Assembly (NCBI RefSeq): GCF_000372965.1
Contig: NZ_KB890024.1
Coordinates: 744,478 to 768,477 of the forward strand
Direction of reading: 5' to 3'
Origin: Hoeflea sp. 108
Lineage (GTDB): Bacteria; Pseudomonadota; Alphaproteobacteria; Rhizobiales; Rhizobiaceae
DNA: 24,000 nt
The notes under the pieces are model-generated. The model made no database searches. It was given only the letters and a program-made list of their open reading frames with translations, and had not been told where the DNA came from. The position numbers and the translations under genes are program-made. Positions 1 through 9,377 of the stretch are shown here, one piece after another; position 1 is the first letter of the stretch; each line of letters opens with the position of its first letter.

Positions 1-118
1 TCGCCTGCACGCGGGCCGAGCCGATACGCTCGTCCCACGCCTGCGCGGCCTTCTGATAGGGCGTCTCGGGTTCTGGCGATTTGCCGTAATGGGTGGCTGG
101 TCGTTTGAATATGCTCAT
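1..118 (-). CDS. trbF: P-type conjugative transfer protein TrbF (VirB8-like); N-terminal 39 codons only, gene continues past the window start
   Basis: Not in the ORF track. My minus-strand translation from the ATG at 116-118 gives MSIFKRPATHYGKSPEPETPYQKAAQAWDERIGSARVQA, a typical TrbF N-terminus. The ATG overlaps the trbL TGA (ATGA). The trbL-trbF order is canonical. Confidence 0.8.
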   Translation of the reverse strand, partial: MSIFKRPATHYGKSPEPETPYQKAAQAWDERIGSARVQA

Positions 119-1473
119 GTGCGGTCACTTTCGGAAAGGTTGATGGAAGAACCGGAGCCGTGGCTGTCGCCGGAGCGCACCGCATGGGCGGCCATGGTGG
201 TGCCGTGGTTCATGGCCTGCGAGCGCCGCATCTGTTGCGCCCACGCGGGAGCGGTGCCGGCCGATGCGGATGATGTGGCGGGGGCGGTGCTCCCGCCGCT
301 GACCGTGCCTGCGGTGGATGAGCCGCCGGTCACACCGAAGGCGGCGCGTGCGCCACCGGAAAAGCTGGATTTGACGCTTTCGGTGGCTTTCGAGACGGCG
401 CGCTTCAAGGGAGAGACGGCGGCCGAGCCTGCGGCGCGGGCAACACCGCCAAGGCCGGAAGCGACACCGGCCGCGCCGGACTGGCCGAGCGCGCCGACGC
501 TATAGGCTGCGGTTGCCGCGCCCGCGGCCGTCGCCCCGCCGCGGACGGCAGCGGCCCCGCCGGACAGCGCAGCAGCACCACCCTTGGCGGCGAGCATGGC
601 CCCGCCGCCAGCGGCGACGCCTGCACCTGCGACCGCAAGCCCGGTTCCCACGGCTGCGCCCGCGCCGAGCTGCGGGCCGCCCGAGACGATGCCGTTGGCG
701 ATGCCGGGGCCGAAGATACCGAGGCCGAGCAGCGACAGCGCGGCGAGCACAATCGCCATGGCGTCGTCGATGCTCGGGGTTGCACCGCCGAAACCGGCCG
801 TGAATTGCGAGAACAGGGTCGAGCCGATGCCGATGATGACGGCGAGCACCAAGACCTTGATGCCGGACGACACTACGTTGCCGAGCACCTTTTCGGCCAT
901 GAAGGCGGTCTTGCCGAACAGGCCGAAGGGGATCAGCACGAAGCCGGCAAGCGTGGTCAGCTTGAACTCGATCAGGGTCACGAAAAGCTGGATGGCGAGG
1001 ATGAAAAAGGCCAGCACCACCAGCGCCCATGCGAACAGCAGGCACGCGATCTGGATGAAGTTCTCGAAAAAGGCGATCCAGCCCATCAGGTCGGAAATGG
1101 AATCGAGCAGCGGGCGGCCGGCGTCGAGGCCGGTCTGCGCGACACGGCCCGGCCGCATCAGATCGGTGACGGAAAAGCCGGTGCCCGACGCCATGAGGCC
1201 GAGGCCGGCGAAGCTCTCGAAGACGATGCGGGCGAGGTTGTTCCAATTGCTGATGATGTAGGCGAAGACGCCGACGAACAGGGTCTTCTTGACCAGCCGC
1301 GCGATAATGTCGTCATCCGCGCCCCATGCCCAAAAGAGCGCGGCGAGCGTCACGTCGATGACGATCAGCGTCGTGGCGATGAAGGCGACCTCGCCGCCGA
1401 GCAGGCCAAACCCCGAGTCGATGTAGGAGGTGAAGACCCCGAGAAAATTGTCGATGACGCCCGTGTTGCCCAT
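115..1473 (-). CDS. trbL: P-type conjugative transfer protein TrbL (VirB6-like polytopic membrane protein) with a Gly/Ala/Ser-rich C-terminal tail
   Basis: 452-aa ORF. The N-terminus MGNTGVIDNFLGVFTSYIDSGFGLLGGEV and multiple hydrophobic segments are typical of TrbL. It lies between trbK-alt and trbF. Confidence 0.93.
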   Translation of the reverse strand: MGNTGVIDNFLGVFTSYIDSGFGLLGGEVAFIATTLIVIDVTLAALFWAWGADDDIIARLVKKTLFVGVFAYIISNWNNLARIVFESFAGLGLMASGTGFSVTDLMRPGRVAQTGLDAGRPLLDSISDLMGWIAFFENFIQIACLLFAWALVVLAFFILAIQLFVTLIEFKLTTLAGFVLIPFGLFGKTAFMAEKVLGNVVSSGIKVLVLAVIIGIGSTLFSQFTAGFGGATPSIDDAMAIVLAALSLLGLGIFGPGIANGIVSGGPQLGAGAAVGTGLAVAGAGVAAGGGAMLAAKGGAAALSGGAAAVRGGATAAGAATAAYSVGALGQSGAAGVASGLGGVARAAGSAAVSPLKRAVSKATESVKSSFSGGARAAFGVTGGSSTAGTVSGGSTAPATSSASAGTAPAWAQQMRRSQAMNHGTTMAAHAVRSGDSHGSGSSINLSESDRT

Positions 1474-1475
1474 GG

Positions 1476-1742
1476 TCAGCGCGCCTCGCTGCGATCACGG
1501 CCGAGGAAGCGGTCGCGGGATTCCGCCCACGCGGCGAGGCAGTCGGCATCGCTGGCGGCTGCCTCGCCGAGCTGCTGGCAGCGGCGCAGGGTTTCGCGCA
1601 AGGGATCGGCCGGGGGCTGGAAGGCCGGCGCAGGGGGAGGCGCGGAAGGTTCATCCTTCCGCGCCATGTCGATTGCGGTCGCCGTGACGGCGATGGCGAT
1701 GAACACCACGGCCCCGAGCCGGGCCAGCATCTTGCCGTCCAT
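1476..1742 (-). CDS. trbK: TrbK-alt type putative entry-exclusion protein (88 aa)
   Basis: Internal ATG (1740-1742) of the 1476..2105 ORF, preceded by GGGAGG. The product MDGKMLARLGAVVFIAIAVTATAIDMARKDE...RRCQQLGEAAASDADCLAAWAESRDRFLG has one TM helix plus the conserved Cys pair seen in TrbK-alt proteins between trbJ and trbL. Confidence 0.8.
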   Translation of the reverse strand: MDGKMLARLGAVVFIAIAVTATAIDMARKDEPSAPPPAPAFQPPADPLRETLRRCQQLGEAAASDADCLAAWAESRDRFLGRDRSEAR

Positions 1743-1756
1743 GGCGAGCCTCCCGG

Positions 1757-2533
1757 TCAGTTGTTGCCGTTGTTGAACATCTGCGCATTGCCCGGCTGAT
1801 AACCGCTGCCCGGTGTCAGGAACCGTTCGCGCTGGATGCGGCCCTGCTCGGCGGCGGTCGCGCGCTCCGCTTCTGTCAGCGCATCGGCGCGGCCATTTGC
1901 CGAGATGACCGCGATCAGGTCGGAAAGCTGCTGCGACTGGAGGGCGAGAAGCTGGTTGCCGGCCTGCGTGGCTTGCAGCGCGCCGGTCGCGCCTTGGCTC
2001 TGGCCGACAAGCGCGGCCATCTCGGCGCGATTGCTGTCGATGTTGCCGACGACGCCAGCCTGCACGCGCATGGCGTCCTGCAAACCGCCAACCGTATTTT
2101 CCCAACGGCCGCGCGCGTCGGCGACAAGCTGGGCGTCGGTCGCCGACAGCGAGACATTGCCGTATTGGCTCTGGAACGCTTGGTCGATCTGGCCGACCTC
2201 GAACGCGATGTTCTGCGCTTGGCCGAGAAGCTGCTGCGTGCGCTGGACGTTCTGCTGGAGCTGCTGGAGCGACGAATACGGCAGGCTCGCCAGATTACGG
2301 GCCTGATTGATGAGCATCTGCGCTTCATTCTGAAGGCTGGTGATCTGGTTATTGATCTGCTCCAGCGTGCGGGCGGCCGTAAGCACGTTCTGCGCATAGT
2401 TGCTCGGATCATAGACGATGCGGCCGAAGCCGAATTGCGCATGGGCCGGGCTTGCCAGCATGGGCGAAAGCGCGACAGGCACGGCGAGCGCCAGCGCGAG
2501 GGCCGAGGCCCCGACGATCTTGGGATAGGTCAT
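1757..2533 (-). CDS. trbJ: P-type conjugative transfer protein TrbJ (VirB5-like), signal peptide predicted
   Basis: Start chosen at MTYPKIVGASALALALAVPVALSPMLASPAHAQ (AGGAGA RBS upstream; ATG overlaps the trbE stop as ATGA). Coiled-coil Q/L/N-rich body as in TrbJ. Confidence 0.9.
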   Translation of the reverse strand: MTYPKIVGASALALALAVPVALSPMLASPAHAQFGFGRIVYDPSNYAQNVLTAARTLEQINNQITSLQNEAQMLINQARNLASLPYSSLQQLQQNVQRTQQLLGQAQNIAFEVGQIDQAFQSQYGNVSLSATDAQLVADARGRWENTVGGLQDAMRVQAGVVGNIDSNRAEMAALVGQSQGATGALQATQAGNQLLALQSQQLSDLIAVISANGRADALTEAERATAAEQGRIQRERFLTPGSGYQPGNAQMFNNGNN

Positions 2534-5022
2534 GGAAGAATCTCCTGTGTGGGGTGGGTATCGAGCCGGGCCGGCGCGGCGGATTCCGGCTGGTCGGCAA
2601 GATTGGTGAGGTTCGGGATCAGGTCGGCCGCCCACTCGACGCCGCGATGGCGTAGCCAGCCGGCGAGGAAACCGGCGCGGCCGTGCTCGGCATGGATGCG
2701 CGCGATTTCGGTCTGGCCGGATTTGGAGGATGCGGCGCAGAGCGCGAGGCCGACTTCGGACAGGCCAAGCTCGAACAGGCGATTGCCCCTGCGGCTTTGG
2801 CAGTAATAATCCCGCTTGGGCGTGGCCCGTGCGAGAATTTCGATCTGCCTGTCATTGAGGCCGAAGCGGCGATAGATGGCCGTGATCTGCGGCTCGATGG
2901 CGCGCTCGTTCGGCAGCAGGAGCCGCGTCGGGCAGCTTTCGATGATCGCGGGCGCGATGTTGCTGCCGTCGATGTCGGACAGGCTTTGCGTGGCGAAGAT
3001 GACGCTGGCGTTCTTCTTGCGCAGCGTTTTCAGCCATTCGCGGAGCTGGCCGGCGAATCCCTCGTCGTCCAGCGCAAGCCAGCCCTCGTCGATGATGAGC
3101 AGCGTCGGCCGCCCGTCGAGCCGGTCGCCGATGCGATGGAACAGATAGGCGAGCACGGCGGGGGCAGCGCCGGTCCCGACAAGCCCTTCGATCTCGAACG
3201 CCTGCACGTCCGCCGATCCCAAATGCTCTGTCTCGGCGTCGAGCAACCGGCCATAGGCACCGCCGACGCAGAACGGCCGGAGCGCCTGTTTCAGATCGTT
3301 GGATTGCAGCAGGACCGCGAGGCCGGTGATGGTGCGTTCCTCGACCGGCGCGGACGCCAGCGAGGTCAGCGCCGTCCAAAGATGCTCTTTCACCTCTGGC
3401 GTGATCGACAGCCCCTCGCGCATGAGGATGGCGGCAATCCAGTCCGCCGCCCATGCGCGTTCATAGGTGTCGTGGATGCGGGCAAGTGGCTGGAGCGAAA
3501 CGGACGCCTCGTCCCCTTCCGTGAGGCCACCGCCCAAATCGTGCCAATCCCCGCCCATGGCGAGCGCGGCGGCGCGGATGCTGCCGCCGAAGTCGAAGGC
3601 GAAGACCTGCGATCCCGCATAGCGCCGGAACTGCAAGGCCATGAGGGCAAGCAACACGGATTTGCCCGCGCCCGTGGGGCCGACGACAAGGGTATGGCCT
3701 ACGTCGCCGACATGGAGACTTAGCCGGAACGGGGTAGAGCCTTCGGTCCTAGCGTATAGCAATGGAGCGTCGCCGAAATGCTCGTCCCGTTCCGGCCCCG
3801 CCCACACCGCTGAAAGCGGTATCATGTGGGCGAGATTCAAAGTGCTGATAGGCGGCTGGCGGACATTCGCGTAGGCGTGTCCGGGCAGGCTGCCGAGCCA
3901 TGCGTCAACCGCGTTGACGCTCTCGGGCATGGCGGTGAAGTCGCGGCCCTGAACGATCTTCTCGACCAGGCGCAGCTTCTCGTCGGCAAGGCGCGGGTCG
4001 GCATCCCAAACGGTGACGGTGGCCGTAACATAGGCCATGCCCGCCACGTCCGCCCCAAGCTCCTGCAACGCCATGTCGGCGTCGAGCGCCTTGTTGGCGG
4101 CGTCGGTGTCCACAAGCGCGGACGCCTCGTTCGTCATGGCCTCTTTCAAGATCGCCGCGACGCTCTTGCGCTTGGCGAACCATTGCCGCCTGATCTTCGT
4201 GAGCAGCCGGGTCGCGTCGGTCTTGTCGAGCAGGATGGCGCGGGTGGACCAGCGATAGGGAAACGGCAGCCGGTTCATTTCGTCGAGCAGGCCGGGCGTC
4301 GTCGCGGTGGGGAATCCCACGATGGTCAGCACGCGCAGATGCTTGTCGCCAAGGCGAGGCTCCAGCCCGCCGGTCAATGGCTGGTCGGCGAGCAGCGCGT
4401 CGAGGTGCATCGGCACCTCGGGGACGCGCACGCGATGCCGGTTCGTGGAAATCGTCGAATGCAGGTAGGTCAGCGTCGCGCCATCATCCATCCAACGGCA
4501 CTCGGGCATGAAGCCGTCGAGCAGCGCCAGCACGCGGTCGGTGCGGTCGATGAAGCCGCGCAGTAGCTCCCACGGGTCCACGCCCATCTTCTCGCGGCCC
4601 TCGTAGAGCCATGTTTCCGCCCGCGCGGCTTCCTCGGCCGGGGGCAGCCAGAGGAAGGTCAGGAAATAGCCGGACACGAAATGCGCGTCCGCTTCCTCGA
4701 AACCGGCTTTCCGCTCTGCATCGACCAGCGCCGACGCGGGATCGGGAAAGGTGCTGTCGGGATAGGTCGCCGCCTCGCTGCGCTGCGCCTCCACGAAGAT
4801 GCTCCAGCCGGAGCCGAGGCGGCGCACGGCGTTGTTGATGCGGCCGGCGACGGCGACCAGTTCGGCCGCCACGGCGGAATCCAGATCGGGACCGCGAAAC
4901 TTCGCCGTCCTCTGAAAACTCCCATCCTTGTTCAAGACGACGCCGGAGCCGACCAATGCGGCCCATGGCAGATAATCGGCGAGCCGGGTGGCGGTGCGGC
5001 GGTATTCTGCAAGGTTCATCAT
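2530..5022 (-). CDS. trbE: Conjugal transfer ATPase TrbE (VirB4 family)
   Basis: Start chosen at MMNLAEYRRTATRLADYLPWAALVG (the ORF-track 5' extension is Arg/Ser-rich read-through over trbD). Walker A GPTGAGKSV. About 830 aa, typical for TrbE. Confidence 0.95.
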   Translation of the reverse strand: MMNLAEYRRTATRLADYLPWAALVGSGVVLNKDGSFQRTAKFRGPDLDSAVAAELVAVAGRINNAVRRLGSGWSIFVEAQRSEAATYPDSTFPDPASALVDAERKAGFEEADAHFVSGYFLTFLWLPPAEEAARAETWLYEGREKMGVDPWELLRGFIDRTDRVLALLDGFMPECRWMDDGATLTYLHSTISTNRHRVRVPEVPMHLDALLADQPLTGGLEPRLGDKHLRVLTIVGFPTATTPGLLDEMNRLPFPYRWSTRAILLDKTDATRLLTKIRRQWFAKRKSVAAILKEAMTNEASALVDTDAANKALDADMALQELGADVAGMAYVTATVTVWDADPRLADEKLRLVEKIVQGRDFTAMPESVNAVDAWLGSLPGHAYANVRQPPISTLNLAHMIPLSAVWAGPERDEHFGDAPLLYARTEGSTPFRLSLHVGDVGHTLVVGPTGAGKSVLLALMALQFRRYAGSQVFAFDFGGSIRAAALAMGGDWHDLGGGLTEGDEASVSLQPLARIHDTYERAWAADWIAAILMREGLSITPEVKEHLWTALTSLASAPVEERTITGLAVLLQSNDLKQALRPFCVGGAYGRLLDAETEHLGSADVQAFEIEGLVGTGAAPAVLAYLFHRIGDRLDGRPTLLIIDEGWLALDDEGFAGQLREWLKTLRKKNASVIFATQSLSDIDGSNIAPAIIESCPTRLLLPNERAIEPQITAIYRRFGLNDRQIEILARATPKRDYYCQSRRGNRLFELGLSEVGLALCAASSKSGQTEIARIHAEHGRAGFLAGWLRHRGVEWAADLIPNLTNLADQPESAAPARLDTHPTQEILP

Positions 5023-5032
5023 GGCCGCGCCC

Positions 5033-5314
5033 TCACACCGACAGAAAAGCCGGGATGCGGATATGCTGCCGCCCGACCTCGACGAATTGGGGATCGCGTT
5101 TCGCCGCCCACACGGCCGCGAAATGCCCGATGGCCCAGATGGCGATGCCGACAAGCCAGAGGCGCAGGCCGAGGCCCACGGCCCCGGCCAGCGTGCCGTT
5201 CATGATGGCGATGGCGCGGGGAGCGCCGCCGAGCAGGATATGCTCGGTCAGCGCCCGATGGACGGGGATCGTGAAGCCCGGCACCGCGTCGAGCTGTTCG
5301 AGGCCGCCCGCCAT
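5033..5314 (-). CDS. trbD: Conjugal transfer protein TrbD (VirB3-like), 93 aa
   Basis: Internal ATG of the 5033..5773 ORF. MAGGLEQLDAVPGFTIPVHRALTEHILLGGAPR... with a hydrophobic hairpin. Its start overlaps the trbC stop by 1 nt (TGATG). Confidence 0.88.
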   Translation of the reverse strand: MAGGLEQLDAVPGFTIPVHRALTEHILLGGAPRAIAIMNGTLAGAVGLGLRLWLVGIAIWAIGHFAAVWAAKRDPQFVEVGRQHIRIPAFLSV

Positions 5315-5646
5315 CAAACGAGCGCCCCGCCGCCGAAGCTGAAAAAGCTCAAGAAGAACGAGCTGGCCGCGAAGGCGATGGACAGGCCGAATACGATCTG
5401 GATCAGGCGACGGAAGCCGCCGCTGGTGTCGCCGAACGCGAGGGTGAGGCCGGTCACGATGATGATGATGACGGCGATGATCTTGGCGACCGGCCCCTCG
5501 ATGGACTGGAGGATTTGCTGCAAGGGCTGTTCCCATGGCATCGACGAACCAGACGCATGGGCGGCCGGGGCGAGCACGAGGCTGACGGCAACGGTGAATG
5601 CGGCGGTCGCAAGGTTGCGATAGCCGCACGGAATCGTGCGGATCAT
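5314..5646 (-). CDS. trbC: TrbC/VirB2-family pilin precursor, 110 aa
   Basis: Signal-like N-terminus (…APAAHASGSS), two hydrophobic helices, C-terminal FGGGALV. AGGAGA RBS. ATG overlaps the trbB stop (ATGA). Confidence 0.9.
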   Translation of the reverse strand: MIRTIPCGYRNLATAAFTVAVSLVLAPAAHASGSSMPWEQPLQQILQSIEGPVAKIIAVIIIIVTGLTLAFGDTSGGFRRLIQIVFGLSIAFAASSFFLSFFSFGGGALV

Positions 5647-6626
5647 GAAGATTCTCCTGTGCTGGTTTGGATGGCGGGGGTGATGCGGTAGTCGCCGTCC
5701 GGCCCCAGCCCTTCGACGCGGGCAAGCTCGGCCAGCCGGCGCGCAGAACCGCGCCCGGAGAGGACGGCAACAAGGTCGATAGTCTCGGCGATCAGCGCGC
5801 GCGGGACGGTGACGACAGCCTCTTGGATGAGCTGTTCAAGACGGCGCAGCGCGCCGATGCCGGTGCCTGCATGGATGGTGCCGATCCCGCCCGGATGGCC
5901 GGTGCCCCACGCTTTCAGAAGGTCGAGGGCTTCCGATCCGCGCACCTCGCCGATGGGGATGCGGTCGGGGCGCAGGCGCAGCGAGGAACGGACCAGATCG
6001 GAAAGCGTCGCCACGCCGTCTTTCGTCCGCATGGCGACAAGGTTGGGCGCGGCGCATTGCAGCTCGCGCGTGTCCTCGATGATGACGACGCGATCCGCCG
6101 TCTTCGCCACCTCGGCGAGCAGCGCGTTGGTCAAAGTCGTTTTGCCGGTGCTGGTGCCGCCCGCGACCAAAATATTGGCGCGGGCCGTGACGGCCTCGCG
6201 CAGCGTTTCCGCTTGATCGGCGTTCATGATGCCGGCGGCCACATAGTCGTCGAGGCTGAACACGGCGACGGCGGGCTTGCGGATGGCGAAGGTCGGGGCG
6301 GCGACCACGGGCGGCAGCAGGCCCTCGAATCTTTCGCCCGACTCCGGCAGCTCGGCCGAGACGCGAGGGCTGCGGGCGTGAACCTCCGCACCGACATGAT
6401 GCGCGACCAGCCGAACGATGCGTTCGCCATCGGCGGCGGACAGGCGCTCGCCCGTATCGGAAAGCCCTTCGGACAGGCGGTCGATCCACAACCGCCCGTC
6501 CGGGTTCAACATCACCTCGACCACGGCCGGGTCTTCGAGCAGTCGCGCGATTGCCGGCCCCAATGCCGTGCGCAACATGCGTGCGCCGCGCGCAATGGCT
6601 TCCGGTCTTTGGTGGTTGGTGGTCAT
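5643..6626 (-). CDS. trbB: Conjugal transfer ATPase TrbB (VirB11 / secretion ATPase family)
   Basis: 327 aa. Walker [10 protein letters not shown], and [22 protein letters not shown] and [10 protein letters not shown] motifs characteristic of VirB11/TrbB hexameric ATPases. Confidence 0.95.
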   Translation of the reverse strand: MTTNHQRPEAIARGARMLRTALGPAIARLLEDPAVVEVMLNPDGRLWIDRLSEGLSDTGERLSAADGERIVRLVAHHVGAEVHARSPRVSAELPESGERFEGLLPPVVAAPTFAIRKPAVAVFSLDDYVAAGIMNADQAETLREAVTARANILVAGGTSTGKTTLTNALLAEVAKTADRVVIIEDTRELQCAAPNLVAMRTKDGVATLSDLVRSSLRLRPDRIPIGEVRGSEALDLLKAWGTGHPGGIGTIHAGTGIGALRRLEQLIQEAVVTVPRALIAETIDLVAVLSGRGSARRLAELARVEGLGPDGDYRITPAIQTSTGESS

Positions 6627-6773
6627 GTCGGCCCCGGCTTCTGGCGGGGACGCGACAGGCTATCCCCGGATCGGGGTCGATTAAGAAAGCCCGGAATTGG
6701 GCCGGTTCAACAAGTATCTAGCTCTGTGCGGTGATCGGCGGCGAACGGCGGTAAATAGGATGGGTCCGAATAC

Positions 6774-7253
6774 TTACTCTTGATCGCCGTTGGTCTGTGC
6801 CTCTTCCGGCACCGGATCGTCGGGAAGTGAGTCGAGGTCACGCGACAGCTCCTTGAGGAACCTGTCTCCCGTCGCCAAACGCCGACCAAGGTTCTGCATG
6901 AAGCCCTCGAACCGCTCTGCTGCTTTGGCGCGGGCTGATTGTCTCGCTGCATCCGGTAAAGGCGGTGTAATCGTCATCCAGTAATGGATGAACTGCGCGA
7001 CCGTCTCGCCGAGGACGGCGAGATCCAGGTCGAGCGTGTCGATCTGGCGGCCGAGCTTGTCCAGGCGGCGTGACATGGCGGCCTCAAGCTGGTCGTCGGC
7101 ATCGCCGGACAGATAGGACATGACCGCTGCCTCCACGATGGCGGATTTCGAGACATTGCGGCGCAACGCCACCGAGCGGCGTAAAGCCAGCGCTTCGATC
7201 TGCGGAATGAGCGCGGGGTCGAAATAGAGATTCAGGCGGGTTCTGGTTGCCAT
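6774..7253 (-). CDS. CopG/ribbon-helix-helix family protein conserved between traG and trbB
   Basis: Start chosen at MATRTRLNLYFDPALIPQIEALA (GAGGAG RBS; avoids overlap with traG). The beta-strand/helix pattern at the N-terminus is RHH-like. This position is typical in this ICE family. Confidence 0.75.
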   Translation of the reverse strand: MATRTRLNLYFDPALIPQIEALALRRSVALRRNVSKSAIVEAAVMSYLSGDADDQLEAAMSRRLDKLGRQIDTLDLDLAVLGETVAQFIHYWMTITPPLPDAARQSARAKAAERFEGFMQNLGRRLATGDRFLKELSRDLDSLPDDPVPEEAQTNGDQE

Positions 7254-7263
7254 GGGCGTCTCC

Positions 7264-9252
7264 TCAAAGGTCGATTCCATCATCGGGGTTCATCGCCACC
7301 TGTCGCGCCACCATCCTCATGCGCTGGCGCATGGCGCGGGCCTTGGCCGCGTCAACGTCCGGCTCGTCGTCCAGAAACTCGAACTCCTGTTCGGGCGACG
7401 GCGGCGGGGCGACGACTTCCTCATGCTCGGGCAATTCCGGCTCGCGGCGGATGCCGGCATTGGCTGGATCGTCCTCGGTCCCGTCTGCCGCGTCGGTCGC
7501 GGAACCGCTTTCCGCCGCGACCACGCGGCCGGACCAATCATCGGCGGATGGGCTGGGCGCCAGCGGAGCGGCGACCAGATCGGGCGGGGTCAGGATGCGT
7601 TCCTGAAACCGCACATCCTCGAAATAGCGGGCTTTGGTGGCCCGGATCGGCGGCGTGCCCGCGACCATGACGATTTCATCGGTGGGCGGTAGCTGCATGA
7701 TCTCGCCGGGCGTGAGCAGCGGCCGGGCCGTTTCCTGCCGTGACACCATCAAGTGACCTAACCACGGGGCTAGGCGGTGCCCTGCATAGTTGGTGGAGTC
7801 GCGCAGCTCGGTCGCGGTGCCTAATGCGTCTGAAACACGCTTCGCCGTCCTTTCGTCGTTCGTGGCGAAGCTGACGCGGACGTGGCAGTTGTCGAGGATC
7901 GCGTTGTTCGGGCCATAGGCGCGCTCGATTTGATTGAGGCTCTGCGCAATCAGAAAGCCTTTGATGCCGTAACCCGCCATGAAGGCGAGCGCCGATTCAA
8001 AGAAGTCGAGCCGGCCAAGCGCCGGAAACTCGTCCAGCATCAACAGCAACCGATGCCGCTTGCCGGAGGTGGTCAATTCCTCCGTTAACCGCCTGCCGAT
8101 CTGGTTGAGGATCAGGCGGATAAGCGGCTTGGTGCGGTTTATGTCGGACGGCGGCACGACCAGATAGAGCGTGACGGGCTGGCGGCTGCCGACCAGATCG
8201 GCAATGCGCCAGTCGCAGCGCGCCGTTACCCGCGCCACCACGGGATCGCGGTAGAGGCCGAGGAACGACATGGCGGTAGAGAGCACGCCCGACCGCTCGT
8301 TCTCGGATTTGTTCAACAGCTCGCGGGCCGACGACGCGATGACGGGATGAACGCCGGCCTCGCCGAGATGCGGCGTGTCCATCATGGCGCGCAAGGTCGC
8401 CTCGACCGGGCGGCGGGGATCGGACAGGAAGTTGGCGACGCCCGCCAGCGTCTTGTCCTTCTCCGCATAGAGAACATGCAGGATCGCGCCGACCAGCAAC
8501 GAATGGCTGGTCTTTTCCCAATGGTTGCGCTTGTCGAGGCTGCCTTCGGGATCGACCAGAATATCCGCGATATTCTGCACGTCGCGGACTTCCCATTCGC
8601 CCTGTCGCACCTCCAGCAGTGGGTTGTACGCCGACGAACTCAGGTTGGTCGGATCGAACAACAGGACGCGGCCATGCTTCGCGCGGAAGCCGGCTGTCAG
8701 CGTCCAGTTCTCGCCCTTTATGTCGTGAACGATGGCGGATGCCGGCCATGTCAGCAGCGTCGGCACCACCAGCCCCACGCCTTTGCCGCTGCGCGTCGGG
8801 GCGAAGCATAGGACATGCTCGGGACCGTCATGGCGCAGATAGTCTTGGGCATGACGGCCAAGCACGACGCCATCGGGGCCGAGCAATCCGGCCGCGCGGA
8901 TTTCTCTGTGCTCGGCCCATCGGGCCGAGCCATAGGTGGCAACGTTGCGCGCCTCCCGTGCCCGGATGATCGACATGAGGATGGCGGCGGCAATGGCGAG
9001 GAAGCCGCCCGATACGGCGATGATGCCGCCCTCGACGAAGATCGTGGGCGCGTAGGCGTCGAACGAAAACCACCACCAGAAGAAGGCCGGCGGGTAGTAG
9101 ATCGGCAGGCCCGCCAGCTCGAACCATGGATTGCCAAGCTGGGGCTGGAAGCCAAGGCGGAACGCTACCCATTGCGTCGCCGCCCACGTCATCACCAGAA
9201 CGATGGTGAAGACGACAGCGATCTGACCCCAAAGGATTCGGCCTCCGCGCAA
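7264..9252 (-). CDS. traG: Type IV coupling protein TraG (VirD4 family)
   Basis: 662 aa, TTG start with GGAG upstream. N-terminal TM helices, Walker A APTRSGKGVGLVVPT, Walker B-like LLLMLDEFPALG, and a C-terminal acidic tail. Confidence 0.95.
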   Translation of the reverse strand: MRGGRILWGQIAVVFTIVLVMTWAATQWVAFRLGFQPQLGNPWFELAGLPIYYPPAFFWWWFSFDAYAPTIFVEGGIIAVSGGFLAIAAAILMSIIRAREARNVATYGSARWAEHREIRAAGLLGPDGVVLGRHAQDYLRHDGPEHVLCFAPTRSGKGVGLVVPTLLTWPASAIVHDIKGENWTLTAGFRAKHGRVLLFDPTNLSSSAYNPLLEVRQGEWEVRDVQNIADILVDPEGSLDKRNHWEKTSHSLLVGAILHVLYAEKDKTLAGVANFLSDPRRPVEATLRAMMDTPHLGEAGVHPVIASSARELLNKSENERSGVLSTAMSFLGLYRDPVVARVTARCDWRIADLVGSRQPVTLYLVVPPSDINRTKPLIRLILNQIGRRLTEELTTSGKRHRLLLMLDEFPALGRLDFFESALAFMAGYGIKGFLIAQSLNQIERAYGPNNAILDNCHVRVSFATNDERTAKRVSDALGTATELRDSTNYAGHRLAPWLGHLMVSRQETARPLLTPGEIMQLPPTDEIVMVAGTPPIRATKARYFEDVRFQERILTPPDLVAAPLAPSPSADDWSGRVVAAESGSATDAADGTEDDPANAGIRREPELPEHEEVVAPPPSPEQEFEFLDDEPDVDAAKARAMRQRMRMVARQVAMNPDDGIDL

Positions 9253-9377
9253 TGCAGGCTCCAGTCGGCAAAAGAGACGGAGCCGATCAGAGAGTAGGCA
9301 AAATCGGGACGGGCAACAGGAAAGAGGCTGCCGGAGGGCTGCCGGATACTATCGGCGGCAAATAGGACGGGTTGCCT

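Noticed and set aside
115-700. Long Gly/Ala/Ser-rich C-terminal tail of TrbL (about 190 aa), considered as a possible fusion or separate gene
   Set aside because: Variable low-complexity C-terminal tails are common in TrbL/VirB6 proteins. The reading frame is continuous and there is no internal start or RBS signal.
805-6734. Multiple long plus-strand ORFs (805..1776, 1973..2806, 2683..3723, 3826..4566, 4988..5623, 5667..6734) opposite the trb operon
   Set aside because: All are antisense to trb genes with strong motif support. Their composition is low-complexity Arg/Gly/Asp-rich, and none has an RBS or conserved motifs.
6627-6773. Small hairpins (GCCC-ggaatt-GGGC, CCCC-ggatc-GGGG) between the copG-like gene and trbB, considered as a terminator or attenuator
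   Set aside because: The stems are only 4 bp with a weak T-tract. That is not enough to call a terminator or regulatory element from sequence alone.
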